Shown: positions 28,301 to 39,246 of the stretch, piece after piece
Layout of the letters: every line of letters starts with the position of its first letter
Numbering within the stretch: position 1 is the stretch's first letter
IMG/VR virus record: IMGVR_UViG_3300020418_000005
Coordinates: 10,826-74,825 of that record
Direction: 5' to 3' (one strand)
From: a virus
Length of the DNA stretch: 64,000 nt
Program-made: the position numbers and the translations under genes
The notes under the pieces: model-generated
Databases searched by the model: none
What the model saw: the letters and a program-made list of their open reading frames with translations, nothing else
Told to the model about the DNA's origin: nothing

Positions 28301-30879
28301 GCTACTGCAGTATATGTTTGGTTTGCACCACCAGCTACAGTTGTTGATGATGCAATCGTGCTTGCAAGTATTCCACCACCCGCATCTCTAACTAAATCTC
28401 CTACACTAAATGTATTAGCTGGAAGAGAGGTGCTTGTAAATACAATCTTATCAACCTGTAAGTTAGTAACAGCATATACTTCTGGTTGTACAAGATCAAA
28501 TGCACTTACATTTAAGACATCTCCTATTGTATAACCATTACCACCATCTACTATGGTTATTTCACTAGCAAAACCTAGAGTTCCAACAGTATACTGGAAT
28601 CCAGTACCACCACCATACTCAGGTTCAAAGTTAACAACCATCGAACCAGCTAAAGTTGGTAGAATTGATATCTCTACAGTTGTAGCATCTACAACTTGTG
28701 TAACTGTAGCTCCAGCAATAATTTCACCATTACCACTTTGTTTTACTACAACCATTCCAGCAACGATACCAGCACTACTTGGAACTGTTAAGTAAGTTTG
28801 ATTTTGATTAACAACCTTTAAATCTGCCTGACCTGGTTGTGTAGGTCCTGCAGACATCGTAAACTGTGTTGCACTGTCAACACTAGCAACAGTAACACCA
28901 GCAGGAATTTGTGCTGTGTTATTAATATTCTGAATTAACTCAACACCATCTCCTACTTCAATACCTGTTGTACTAGCAACAGTAACTTGTGGACTTCCTG
29001 CCTCAATAGTATCAACACTAATTGCAAGGTCGTTACCACCAGAACCTGGTTGAGCACCAGCAGCACCACCAAGTTGATTACCTGGTATATACAGTGTATC
29101 GCCTGGTAAGTATCCCTGACCCGCTGCAACAATGGTTACAGCATTATATGAATTATTTCCTTGTGCAAATATAACCTCAACATTAACACGCAATCCAGAA
29201 CCAGAGGAGTTTATATTTGAAACTAAAATATTGTTATATGTATTAGCACCACCCGCTGCAATACCACTATATTGTAATGCTGTTACACCAGCGTTAGAGT
29301 TGAATGTAACACCTAAAAATTCGAGTTCTCCTCTAGCATATGTTGAAACATTATTGACTGCAGTAGCAAGACTTAATATTTCACCAGTTTGATATCCACT
29401 ACCAAATGCAGATATCTGATCCAGTGCAGCAATCGCACCAAAGTTACCACCAAGAGTAATCTGTAAACCAGAACCTAATGTTGCAGCATCTGCACCGTTT
29501 ACATCATATAAATCTGCAGCAGCAATGCTAATTACATCACCTACTGCATAACTCCCATCGCCAGGTGCGTTAACAATAAACTCAGATACTGTACCACCAA
29601 TAGTATCAACAACTAATTGGAATCCTGCCTGTTGTGAATTTGGATCAGTAAGAGTTAATGCACCACCTTGATTAGGGTGAACACTACATCCATAATATAC
29701 AGTTAAATTATTAGGATTACTAGGGACTGCAAATGTTATTGTTTTTGTTGCCGCAGCAAAATAACCAGCAAGAAAGTTTGCTCCAGTTACAGTAACACCA
29801 TCTAGTTCATATGTAACACCATCTGCAGCATCTAGAATAGTACTAGAATCATCTTGTACAGTGGATATAAAAGCTGGGTGTTGATTGTTTGTACTATCAT
29901 CAAGATTGAAGACGTATGTTTTTCCTTTTAATAAGTTAAAATCTCCACCTTCAAATCCATCTATGAAATATTTGTTACCTAAAGAAGATTTAACTATAAA
30001 TGTTTGTGTTCCTGCAAGAGGAATAGATCCTGTTAATACATCTCCTACTGTATAATTTGATGTTACAGATACAAATTCACTACTATCAACTCCTCCAAAT
30101 GGTTGTACACCACCATTCTGTACGTTGAGGTTAACCAACATACCAGTTCCATTACCACCTGTTAATGGAATACTCTTCCATATACCACTAGGATAGTTTG
30201 AACCAGACGTAACAGTAGCAGCAAAGGCAGATACAACCACATCAGCAGTCATCTGTGTACCACTACCACCTGTTACATTGAGGTTTGTATATGAACCAGG
30301 AAAGTAGTTAATACCACCGTTTGTAATTGCACCCGATATCTGATCAACAGTAAAGTCAATAGTAGCACCAGTACCACTACCACTACTAATAACAGGAATG
30401 TTTAAATAAACGCCAGGTGTATATCCACTACCTGGTTGAGTTATACTTCCACCAAATCCATCTATTGTTACACCTACAGTTGCACCATCACCAGTACCAC
30501 CTATAGCAGGGATTGCTGTATAAGTTCCTCCATCATAGTTAGAACCAGCATCTGTAAGTGAAATACCTAATGTATCAAGACTGTTTTTCTCAATTACAAA
30601 GTCTCTATAATATTTGACACTTGCAGCAGCAAGATCTGATAATTTCTTTCCTGCACTAGCAAAACCTAGTATACCTGTACCATTACGGTATATTCCAAGC
30701 GAGACATCATTTACAAATGCTAAACTAGGAGCAGATACTAAACCATCTCCTAGTTTTAAGTTACCTGTTGAAAGGTCAGAACCTCCAGCAGTAACTGTAA
30801 ATATTTGATTTCCTATTTCGTTTATCTTGACCCTTTGCTGTTCAAAGGTGTCAGTACGTGCTACATTAACTGCTGGCAT
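25378..30879 (-). CDS. Large virion structural / fibre-like baseplate protein (1833 aa)
   Basis: DTFEQQRVKINEI N-terminus, many GSGY/GG.G.G repeats, duplicated IP.G.TAER...IRYNT...YEGY...W.SLGGV module. Confidence 0.8.
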   Translation of the reverse strand: MPAVNVARTDTFEQQRVKINEIGNQIFTVTAGGSDLSTGNLKLGDGLVSAPSLAFVNDVSLGIYRNGTGILGFASAGKKLSDLAAASVKYYRDFVIEKNSLDTLGISLTDAGSNYDGGTYTAIPAIGGTGDGATVGVTIDGFGGSITQPGSGYTPGVYLNIPVISSGSGTGATIDFTVDQISGAITNGGINYFPGSYTNLNVTGGSGTQMTADVVVSAFAATVTSGSNYPSGIWKSIPLTGGNGTGMLVNLNVQNGGVQPFGGVDSSEFVSVTSNYTVGDVLTGSIPLAGTQTFIVKSSLGNKYFIDGFEGGDFNLLKGKTYVFNLDDSTNNQHPAFISTVQDDSSTILDAADGVTYELDGVTVTGANFLAGYFAAATKTITFAVPSNPNNLTVYYGCSVHPNQGGALTLTDPNSQQAGFQLVVDTIGGTVSEFIVNAPGDGSYAVGDVISIAAADLYDVNGADAATLGSGLQITLGGNFGAIAALDQISAFGSGYQTGEILSLATAVNNVSTYARGELEFLGVTFNSNAGVTALQYSGIAAGGANTYNNILVSNINSSGSGLRVNVEVIFAQGNNSYNAVTIVAAGQGYLPGDTLYIPGNQLGGAAGAQPGSGGNDLAISVDTIEAGSPQVTVASTTGIEVGDGVELIQNINNTAQIPAGVTVASVDSATQFTMSAGPTQPGQADLKVVNQNQTYLTVPSSAGIVAGMVVVKQSGNGEIIAGATVTQVVDATTVEISILPTLAGSMVVNFEPEYGGGTGFQYTVGTLGFASEITIVDGGNGYTIGDVLNVSAFDLVQPEVYAVTNLQVDKIVFTSTSLPANTFSVGDLVRDAGGGILASTIASSTTVAGGANQTYTAVAPSQTSGNGSSATFDVTRDAVGDVLSATVTTGSEGYFYAVNDTVTLPGASVGGATPADNITLTISSITSAGTPVKVQKVKTNANNNISYIVCDTFGFQDGFTLVKDSAPTVAYNINTAVTEYRYFIDLNDGNGAVMTPSWTVYAGNSYTFDLSDNSNGSHVFALSQFPDGRWAPSRVENVSTTLSANTPTITVASTTGIQAGFAVEKVSGDGIIPDGTTVLSVVNGTTLTLSANPTTAGAVVFNFFGATYTNGVTVDGTNHTIKIADDTPNLYYFCATENADHINEGGDDGDEAVMTVSTNNPKTFGSGLEITVTDVVVEEVVKGKVDDGEFSVQKLVSPDADITAALIANATVSATATLAATVTSSITAASNENLSLAVTDPLTNSLVVDAAGLNIGSTIQISATSGNITGTGEIKGDAVAVGDYLKLLSSNNSLSSLGGYDVLVVPDTGRIADVLTNTAIAIPVGNTAERPTAGIVKDGCIRYNTDTNQYEGYSTNSLSWSSLGGVRDLDGNTTILAEETVGANDNTLWFINDNINTIRVTPNHLEFVNMKKMRSVNVSAPAYVDWNANTPVTLGQYVKYKNNLYEVTGAGTTATSGNEPVHTSGALQNGSAELTYSQLAVAPLTFEDIEELRIGPLGDLPLSINGDLRLFDNVINTDISDLLLRPNSGKRVIVDAPTSLVIPNGTTAERGTAEQGSIRYNTTTLTYEGYDGTNWGSLGGVKDVDQNTYIIPETAPGANENTLYFYNDGSNTMQLTTTALDFYSVDTIRSLTSQQFEITANLMTFNNAETTFDNTNTLSTFLHTSKQYFDLGVSTGVYVDPILRLDDQGDVYLNTGFGTGNYNGVKVFDGDLKEFELADVKILSETITLTKGSSNNGGSNIYEVATAKGAKVVVVAENLQDGEKEFIEFGVTDDGTDVFHTEYGNLRTDYQLIVPSFEFTAGNEARLNIVLGANVPATNSVKITFSSTITKK

Positions 30880-31072
30880 TTTGGATTAACTCTCTTAATA
30901 AGGACTTAAGTTCAGAGACTTCATTCTTCAACTTATTTATGTCATCCAATGCGGAACTCAGTTGTTTTGATTTGCGTCTAGACTCTATGGCAGAATCATC
31001 GACATTGATGATAGCACCAGTGTTTTGGTCTCTTACTAGACCATCATGTCCAGAAACTTTCACAAATTTCAT
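30866..31072 (-). CDS. Conserved small cyanophage protein with C-terminal coiled coil
   Basis: KVSGHDGLVRDQNTGAIIN...LKNEVSELKSLL. Confidence 0.75.
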   Translation of the reverse strand: MKFVKVSGHDGLVRDQNTGAIINVDDSAIESRRKSKQLSSALDDINKLKNEVSELKSLLRELIQNASS

Positions 31073-31081
31073 ATGCGGAAA

Positions 31082-34000
31082 TTAGAATGCAGCGACTGCT
31101 CTTATATCTTGAACTTTAGGAACGTAGGAGGGATCTACTCCTTTCATTACAACCTTGATAGCGAATGATGAATATTCTGGTAAATTAGAAGCACTATATT
31201 TTAAATCTTGATAAGAAGATTGTTTCTCTACAATACCTGATATAGTATTCTCACTTGTTGCTATATCAAAGACATCTGGTTCTCCTGATGTATTGAAATA
31301 TATCCAATCAATATCTTCAAAGTTCTCTTGACTAGAAGCTTTCTTAAATTTATAGAATACTTGAAGATCACTAATATCTCTAACATTTGCTAATAGATGT
31401 ACATCAATAGCAGTTGCAGGACTTTGTATAGTAACTTCTTTAGTTACATACTTAGCAATAGCAGAACCATTTTTAGATGTATCCTCAGCAACAAAGTCCA
31501 ATCCATCTGTATATAATACCTTTCCAACCTCAAGATATGCATTCTCTTCATCTGGTTGAGTAGGATATTTAATAAAGTCCCCTACACGGAATATATCAGG
31601 AAGTTGATCTCCAGTTACTGCATTTCTATTATAAAGAGCACTGTCTATAATTCTATCAGTAAAACTATCATTGATAGGATTTACATCAACTCTTAATGTT
31701 AACTGCTGTGTTTGAGTATTCCAAATAGTTGCTTTACCAGTAATGACGTTATCATAAGTTTCATTCAATATGTTTGGATTACGTGCAACAATAGTAGATG
31801 CATCAGCGATAGTTGCAAATACTTGTGATGGATTTGAATCTACAGTAACACTTGTAAGATCTAATTGATTTCCTAATGTTACTGTTTCTCCTTTCTTGAA
31901 GAATTGACTTGTTTTAACTCTAACATATACAACACTACCATTAACTCTTGCAATAGTACCAGTTGTTTTTGTAGTTAAACCTTTAATTGTTTGATCTGCT
32001 TGTAATTGTGTTGCACCATTACCAGCAAGATTAAATTGATATACAGGGAAGAATTCTATAATTTGATCTCTTCTACCAAATCTATCTTCTTGTCCAGTAG
32101 CATTTTCAATTCTATTGCTTACTGTTTTGACAGTAGCACTTGACAAGTCTATTGCTGGACTTAAATGAGACACATTAGACGATAAAGTCATTTTATATGT
32201 AAGTGACTGACTTACACTATTCAAAGTTTCATTAATACTAGATGCAATAAATTTTTGATTAGTAAAATAGTGTGGTTCATTTAAGAATGTCTTTTCATAT
32301 TCTGATTCTGAATATGAAGTATAATTTGTTGTTGTAGAATCAACAGGAATAACATTAGTTGTCTTAACACTAGTATCTAAAGTAGTTCCAGTAAATGTTA
32401 AGTATGATACTTGTGGATATAATGTTTCATATTTTCTATTGAAAGAAGCATACACAAAATCTCCACCTCCAACAGAGTTGCCAGCAGCTTGAGAACTTGA
32501 TTGTATGTTATATGTGTCAACACCAGAATTACTTACTTGGAATAGTGTGCTATTTAAAATAGATGCAGTCACACCACCAATTTCTGATGCACTTCTATAA
32601 AATACATATGACTTACCACTATCTTCAAATCCATGATCTCTATGAGATACTTTAACGATAGAGTTATTATTTTTGAATAGTTTAGAAGTAGAATTTGTAT
32701 TTGCACTTGCATTAGTTTCAAATGGATTACTCTCTAACAATTCATATCCAAGACTTTCATTCTTAATTAAAAGTTCTGCTGGTCTAGATGTATTAAACTC
32801 TGCACGATACATTGTGAATTTAAGATCCTCAAATATATCCTCTGTCCAACTCTCAGTGTTTTGTGATCGGTAAACCGAACCTAGTGAAGGTTGGGTTGTA
32901 ATGACCGTACTTGTTGCTATGTCGGTTTCCCCTAACTTAGATGACCATAATTCATAGTCAATAGAATCTGTCTCAATTACGAGAGCATATTCTGTATCAT
33001 TTTGTAGATACACTGGATAATCAAATCCAAAATGTGTAGGAGTTGTTGATTGTGTAACACCCTCTGTATCAACCGCTACACCCATTCTAACTGCTGGTGT
33101 ATCTATTTCTATAAAGGTTTCTATTTCACACCCTCCAGCACCATTTCCGACACCTTTCACAACAACTGATGGTGCTTCTGTATATCCAAATCCACTAAGT
33201 GCTATTTCAGCATTGTAAATTTTACCACCAGATACTTCAATACTTGCTGTAGCAGTAGATCCACCAGGTAATTGTGGACTTTCTATTGTTAGAATTGCAC
33301 TGTCATAATTTTGACCAGGATTTGTAACTCTAATATCAGATAACTTACCACTATCCTTTGCAATAGCAAGAACAAAATCTGTACCGTCAGTTGCATTAGC
33401 AAGAGTTACAGATGGAATAATTAGATCTTCGTTTGGTAAGAATGATTTACCATTATGATTACTTAGAACAACAGTATAACACTGTTCATTAGTGAGACTA
33501 TATTTACCAGAGGCAGTAGCAACTAACTCTACATTATTTTTATCAAATACTTTAAGTATAGGACCTGATGCAGTAGAAGATGCACCAGTAACACTTTCAT
33601 TTTTGTAAATTGCCATGTTACCACTAGCAAAACACTTAAGGAAAGTATTTGGTGTTAATGTTTTTTCACTGCCAGGTACAATATTTTTTGCTGGTTTTTC
33701 AGCATCTACATTTGTGATGTATGTTTTTACTGGTATGGTTGCACTTTTCTTATTAAAGTAAAGATCAACACCAGTTATAAAACAACCACCATCTAAGTTT
33801 TCTATCTTAAATGTTTGTGCAAGAGGATTAGGTCTTACAGGATTATCAGTATTACTTTCAATTAACTGTACACCCTCGTTAGATTTAAAGATAGATGGTT
33901 TTGTAGATACAATACTAGAAGGATTTTCTGGAAGAATACCAGTAGCATAGTACTTAACTTCTGTATAACTATCAACATCTGTTTTTAATGCATTAGTAGC

Positions 34001-37000
34001 ACTAGATGTAAATCTAAATGTTAAAGTTCCAACAGTAAAGTTTAATTCTTCTGCTGATGAATCATATCCAACAGTATCAATATCTCCACCCCATATAGCA
34101 TTTTCATTAGGAGGCGATCCTGCTGGTAAAATAATTAAACCAGATGCGTTACCATATTCATCTGTAGTTATAGGACCGTTGAATGCTGATAGAGAGTTTC
34201 CTGCAATACCAGTATATCTAAGATCAGGATTAACCCAACGACTAATATCTCTACCCTCTAAGAAAACATATAGTCTTGTATTAGGTTTCATTCTACCAAC
34301 CTTAAATTTGATAGGTTTACTTCTTGCAAAGAATGATAGAGATGTTGAAACTATATTATCACCAACAGTTTTAGTTTGTAATCCTTTACCAACTTCGTTA
34401 TTTGATGGACTAATATTGGAAGAACTTCCAACTGAAGCACTTTGTACAGATGTATTAGCAACTTGTGTATTAACTTCTCCTAATGAATTAATTGCAGTAA
34501 AGGAAGATGATGCACCTACCCAGTTAATAACAAATGAATTATGTAAACTAGAGAAACTTTCTTTTACACTTTCTTTTGCCAAGAATATATTGAATAGATC
34601 TGTATTTGTATCTACAACAACTGGTTCTATACTATCGTCATACCATTGATCAATTGATGGAGACACATCACCATCACCAACATATTGTAAAACAACAAAT
34701 GGGTTTGGATTTACTGTAGCAGAAGCAAAACTATTTCCTAATAAAGATAGTGGAGAATATGGTAATGTCACCATATGTCCTGTTTTCTTATATCCAGATA
34801 CTGCTCTTTGATCTTCTCTTGTATTAACCTCTACCAATCCTACAGAATCTTCTTTAGATTGTGGACGTAAAACAGATTGTTGAGCATCAATAGCACAACG
34901 ATAATCTAATGATCTAAGACTACCAACTTTATGTGCTTCAAAATTATCTACAAAGAATCCAGACTTAAATCTGTCTAGACCAATCTCATCCTTAACTTGC
35001 ATGTTAAGTGCTTGCTGTTCTAGTATGCTAAGTGTGGTGTAGTATTCTAATCTTTCAATACGCTTCTCTAATTTACCAATGTCACGCATTGTGTAACGAC
35101 GATTGTCTACAGGAGTAATTCTTACATCTTTACTTGTCTTAGTAAATGCAGGAATATATGCGTAGAATAAGGGTACAGCATCTTCTAATGTATCTGGTTT
35201 GGTTGGATTGAGTGATGAGTTACCTTCTTTAACTATAAACTGACCTTTCTTATCTAAGAATATACCATCAATACGATCTAAGTATTGTACTTGACTGAAT
35301 GAGAATGTGTATTCTAAATTTCTATCGGGAGCAGGACTACTAGAAACTATAGCACCAGCACCAGAGAAAGATCCAGTTGTTACTTCTAAAGTAGAAGTAT
35401 CAAGAAAACCAGGTATAATAGTGGAACTATCAACTTTAGGTCTGAAGTCTATTACATTTTTTAATTCTACAATACCAAGAACAGATGAATCAAATGTTGG
35501 AATCTCATCTTCTGCGACTCCTGCTTCATGTAGATAACTATCAATAGTACAGAAATCACCTTGTGAATGTTCAAAGTAATCAAATGATATAACAAGTTGA
35601 CCTGTAGTCTCTTCAAAACCAGGTTTTAAAACTATTCTAGAAACATCGTAAATTGTATCTCTTTGTCCATCATCAAATGTATATCTAGATGTTACATCAG
35701 TACCAGAAATTATATTACCAGCAGTGTCAATCTCAGGAGGTTGTGATGATGTTCCTTCATATATGTAATTTAATTTAAACGCATCTGCATAAGATAAAAT
35801 TTCTACAACCTCTGTGTCATAATCTGTACCTCTTAATGGCACAACACGATCACCAGCAGATGTAACTGTAATTCTTTTGTTTCTAACTACAGTTTTAAGT
35901 CTTGGTTTTGCATTAGATACTTCTAAAGTTGCAGTCAACTTAAGTTTAGGGAATGTTCCGTTTGTAGGAATAGTACCAAAGTATGTTGTTGGTAAACTTA
36001 AACTAATACTACCAGATGTAAGACCACTAGCAGTATCAGTAGCAGATGAGATACTTACAGAATCTTCACTAACATATACAATGTCACCTTCAATAATGTC
36101 AGGTGCATCGCCAGGATCTAAAACAGTAATAATATAATTCTCTTCACTAAATGCAGCAAATCTCTGTGTACCAAATGGTAACTGTGCAGCAAATGTAATT
36201 GTACCACCACCTGTAGTTGCAGTAGTCACAAAATCTCTACGGAAATAATATTTAATCTTAGTGTCATTTCCACCAGCAGAAATTTTAGATACTTGTTTAC
36301 TACCAGTTGAGTATAGTAATGTGCCACTTGTAGAATTGTCTACCTTTGGACGTAATCTAACAATACTTGCATTAGTGACTGCAGCGGGTAAAGCTGTATC
36401 TAGATAAATTCTAGATTTGTATGACCCTTCCTGTTGTGTAGCATACTGTACAATTGCTCTAACAAGATTATTGTTATCATCAGAGAATTGTACAAGATCA
36501 CCTTGTTGTACTTCTGTTGATGCATCTGCACTAAAACTTGTTGATTCAATAAATGTAGATCCTACTGAACCAAAAAATGAGTAGTCGGTTACAGTTTTAA
36601 TTTCAGAGTATAGTTGACTATCAACAACAACGTCTGCCGAAAAAGTGTTTGCATTACCAGAACCATAAGAACAACCTATAGATTTTACATTTTGAGGTGT
36701 ATATGTTGTTACTGTATCTCTGTATAATACTACTTCAAGATTAGCTGCAGCAGAAGGATTAGCTGCTCCATCAGGATTTATTGCAGATACAGCAGGAGGT
36801 TGTGCATATTCTATGTTTACAGCAGATCTATTACCAATAGCTGCTTTATAAATTTTACCATCTGTAGTTCTAGATAATACAATTTTAGAACTATCAAATT
36901 CAAGACCATTAATTAATAAAGAACAACCTTCAGCATAACCTAATCCCCTATCTTGTACAACAAAATGTGATATTGTATTTTCTCTTGCAATTCTTACAGT

Positions 37001-39187
37001 GCTACCACTTTCATCTCTAATTGTTTCACCAGGTAAGAATCTACCAGATAGAGTTTTTACATATAGTAGTACACCTGTACTATAAACACCAGATGCAGTA
37101 CCTTCTACAACACCATATGCACCACTGTTAATACCAAATACATACTTACCTTCATCAAATGCACCAGTGCCACTAGGAACTGACTCTAAAACTATTTTAG
37201 TAAAGAACTGTGGGTCAAAGTATGAAAATCCAAATGTTGTATTGTATGCACTAGTTCCTGCAGCAAGACGACCTTTAGATATCACAATGTCTGAATCTGA
37301 ATTAAAACCAGATCCTCTTTGCTTTAAGAAGAAATTATTTGGTTTTACTTTACCAATTACAGGTGTGATAGTAGGAGAGTAATCTACAATAAATCCAAAT
37401 TCATCTCCAGAGTTGTTAGTTTGAGCGTCTGCTTCAGTCAAAAATATTTTTCTATTAAATTCACCATCAGATAAATCATATTCTAATAATAACTGTTCTA
37501 ATTCATTCTTAGGACCATATACTGTGAGTTCTAAAAACTTAATGTTTGTCGATGAATTAACAAGTGGTTTATTTGTTTTGGCAAAAGATAATGTTTTAAA
37601 AGAACCAATTGCTGTTGGAGTGCCAACATCACTTCTTGTCTTGATATAATACAGAGTTCCAAATGTAGTTTGGAAATTTGCATCTGTTACAGAACCTATA
37701 AGTGTAGTTGTGTTGGTTATCTGAAGTGTGATAGTTTTGATACCATCATCAGGAGTAAAGTTAATACCTCTTCTACTAATTGTCTGTCTATGATCTGTAG
37801 ATAATTCTGTATTGTTCAATCCCACAGAACCATCGTTAAATGTGCTGTATAAAAACACATCAGGATATGCAGTAAGATCGGATCCCTCTTTGTTTAAAGG
37901 AACACTACCAAATACATTAGTTACACTGAATGATGGAAGACCTTTAGATTTTAAATTTACATTGTCAGTAGAAAGACTTTCTCTTGCCTTATTAATCTCA
38001 AGATACTTAGTTTCCTTATTAACTATCTCATAACCCTTGATGTATGCTTTACCTGGTCCTATGCTTGCAACCATTTTTTTAGCAGACTCAGATGCGTTAT
38101 ATCCGTTATACAAACCAAAAGCATCTAAGGCATATAAACCTCTATTACCATCTTTCTGTGCCCATTCTCGAACATCCACTGAGAAATTATCTACAACATA
38201 ATCTCCAGATTCATCAAATGTTCTACGAGCAAGTGTTTGTTCTAATACACTGAAATCTGTTGATTCAATTTTTCTCTGGATTACTCCTCTTGATACTGTA
38301 AGAAGTTGTATAAAATTCTTATCAGTAATTGCATTAAGAGCAAATTCTTTTAATACTAAGGATATTTTTAATCTATGTCCGCCAGGTGCAGTATAGTTAG
38401 AAGAACCTATTGCATTGTCATATAAAGATGCATCTTCTTCTGGAGTTACAATTTCTTCTTTAATTGTAAAACCAACTTTAGCAGATGGTAGATCAAAGTA
38501 TTCATCTATAACTAATAGTTCTGAATCACAACGAACAAAATAACCATTAACAAAGTAAATACCTTCTTCTACCTTAACAGCAGAACCAAATCCCATGGCA
38601 GGACTTTCTAATGAAGTTACCTCACCTGAGTCAGGATCAGTTATTTTAATACTAGTCGGTAGAACACTACCATCTGTACCTACAACGAGTAAAGGAGTAT
38701 TGACACCATCAACTACCTCTAGAGTCTCACCTTGTCTAAATGTAGTCTCAGTGTTAGACGAACCACTATTGACGTAATTTACAAACAAAGTATCTGCTGT
38801 GCTTTCTGTTGCCAGTTTCGTAGAAACTATTCTTCCCTTGACACCAGAAGTTAACCCAATAAGTTCTTCACCAACTAATTGAGTTATATCGTATTTTTTA
38901 TAAACAATATTGTTACTACCATCGTTTACTGCAACTTCTGAAACAGATGATAGTTTTACGTAATCTAATTTTGTGTTAAGTCCTACTTCACCAGGAATAA
39001 CAAGTTCGCCTTGCTTAAAGGCATATTTTCCAAAGCTCTCTACTTGGTTTTGAAGAATTGATTGAACCTGTGTTAGTTCTCTACCTTGGATAGAATAGCC
39101 AGGTCTGAAAAGAATCTTATAAAAATTCTTTTTCGCATCAAAATCTTCGTAATATGGGCTTACGTTTAGGTTCGTCTTTTGAGGCAT
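31082..39187 (-). CDS. VrlC/DUF4815-like large virion structural protein (2701 aa)
   Basis: MPQKTNLNVSPYYEDFD..KNFYKILFRPG, ARRTFDESGDY, RRYTMRDIGKLEKRIERLEYYT, PLAQTF; CTAAATA site near 39224. Confidence 0.85.
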   Translation of the reverse strand: MPQKTNLNVSPYYEDFDAKKNFYKILFRPGYSIQGRELTQVQSILQNQVESFGKYAFKQGELVIPGEVGLNTKLDYVKLSSVSEVAVNDGSNNIVYKKYDITQLVGEELIGLTSGVKGRIVSTKLATESTADTLFVNYVNSGSSNTETTFRQGETLEVVDGVNTPLLVVGTDGSVLPTSIKITDPDSGEVTSLESPAMGFGSAVKVEEGIYFVNGYFVRCDSELLVIDEYFDLPSAKVGFTIKEEIVTPEEDASLYDNAIGSSNYTAPGGHRLKISLVLKEFALNAITDKNFIQLLTVSRGVIQRKIESTDFSVLEQTLARRTFDESGDYVVDNFSVDVREWAQKDGNRGLYALDAFGLYNGYNASESAKKMVASIGPGKAYIKGYEIVNKETKYLEINKARESLSTDNVNLKSKGLPSFSVTNVFGSVPLNKEGSDLTAYPDVFLYSTFNDGSVGLNNTELSTDHRQTISRRGINFTPDDGIKTITLQITNTTTLIGSVTDANFQTTFGTLYYIKTRSDVGTPTAIGSFKTLSFAKTNKPLVNSSTNIKFLELTVYGPKNELEQLLLEYDLSDGEFNRKIFLTEADAQTNNSGDEFGFIVDYSPTITPVIGKVKPNNFFLKQRGSGFNSDSDIVISKGRLAAGTSAYNTTFGFSYFDPQFFTKIVLESVPSGTGAFDEGKYVFGINSGAYGVVEGTASGVYSTGVLLYVKTLSGRFLPGETIRDESGSTVRIARENTISHFVVQDRGLGYAEGCSLLINGLEFDSSKIVLSRTTDGKIYKAAIGNRSAVNIEYAQPPAVSAINPDGAANPSAAANLEVVLYRDTVTTYTPQNVKSIGCSYGSGNANTFSADVVVDSQLYSEIKTVTDYSFFGSVGSTFIESTSFSADASTEVQQGDLVQFSDDNNNLVRAIVQYATQQEGSYKSRIYLDTALPAAVTNASIVRLRPKVDNSTSGTLLYSTGSKQVSKISAGGNDTKIKYYFRRDFVTTATTGGGTITFAAQLPFGTQRFAAFSEENYIITVLDPGDAPDIIEGDIVYVSEDSVSISSATDTASGLTSGSISLSLPTTYFGTIPTNGTFPKLKLTATLEVSNAKPRLKTVVRNKRITVTSAGDRVVPLRGTDYDTEVVEILSYADAFKLNYIYEGTSSQPPEIDTAGNIISGTDVTSRYTFDDGQRDTIYDVSRIVLKPGFEETTGQLVISFDYFEHSQGDFCTIDSYLHEAGVAEDEIPTFDSSVLGIVELKNVIDFRPKVDSSTIIPGFLDTSTLEVTTGSFSGAGAIVSSSPAPDRNLEYTFSFSQVQYLDRIDGIFLDKKGQFIVKEGNSSLNPTKPDTLEDAVPLFYAYIPAFTKTSKDVRITPVDNRRYTMRDIGKLEKRIERLEYYTTLSILEQQALNMQVKDEIGLDRFKSGFFVDNFEAHKVGSLRSLDYRCAIDAQQSVLRPQSKEDSVGLVEVNTREDQRAVSGYKKTGHMVTLPYSPLSLLGNSFASATVNPNPFVVLQYVGDGDVSPSIDQWYDDSIEPVVVDTNTDLFNIFLAKESVKESFSSLHNSFVINWVGASSSFTAINSLGEVNTQVANTSVQSASVGSSSNISPSNNEVGKGLQTKTVGDNIVSTSLSFFARSKPIKFKVGRMKPNTRLYVFLEGRDISRWVNPDLRYTGIAGNSLSAFNGPITTDEYGNASGLIILPAGSPPNENAIWGGDIDTVGYDSSAEELNFTVGTLTFRFTSSATNALKTDVDSYTEVKYYATGILPENPSSIVSTKPSIFKSNEGVQLIESNTDNPVRPNPLAQTFKIENLDGGCFITGVDLYFNKKSATIPVKTYITNVDAEKPAKNIVPGSEKTLTPNTFLKCFASGNMAIYKNESVTGASSTASGPILKVFDKNNVELVATASGKYSLTNEQCYTVVLSNHNGKSFLPNEDLIIPSVTLANATDGTDFVLAIAKDSGKLSDIRVTNPGQNYDSAILTIESPQLPGGSTATASIEVSGGKIYNAEIALSGFGYTEAPSVVVKGVGNGAGGCEIETFIEIDTPAVRMGVAVDTEGVTQSTTPTHFGFDYPVYLQNDTEYALVIETDSIDYELWSSKLGETDIATSTVITTQPSLGSVYRSQNTESWTEDIFEDLKFTMYRAEFNTSRPAELLIKNESLGYELLESNPFETNASANTNSTSKLFKNNNSIVKVSHRDHGFEDSGKSYVFYRSASEIGGVTASILNSTLFQVSNSGVDTYNIQSSSQAAGNSVGGGDFVYASFNRKYETLYPQVSYLTFTGTTLDTSVKTTNVIPVDSTTTNYTSYSESEYEKTFLNEPHYFTNQKFIASSINETLNSVSQSLTYKMTLSSNVSHLSPAIDLSSATVKTVSNRIENATGQEDRFGRRDQIIEFFPVYQFNLAGNGATQLQADQTIKGLTTKTTGTIARVNGSVVYVRVKTSQFFKKGETVTLGNQLDLTSVTVDSNPSQVFATIADASTIVARNPNILNETYDNVITGKATIWNTQTQQLTLRVDVNPINDSFTDRIIDSALYNRNAVTGDQLPDIFRVGDFIKYPTQPDEENAYLEVGKVLYTDGLDFVAEDTSKNGSAIAKYVTKEVTIQSPATAIDVHLLANVRDISDLQVFYKFKKASSQENFEDIDWIYFNTSGEPDVFDIATSENTISGIVEKQSSYQDLKYSASNLPEYSSFAIKVVMKGVDPSYVPKVQDIRAVAAF

Positions 39188-39246
39188 CTTACTCCGCCAA
39201 TAATACTAGTATTCTCGTCATATTATTTAGCGAAGTTTTTTAATGC

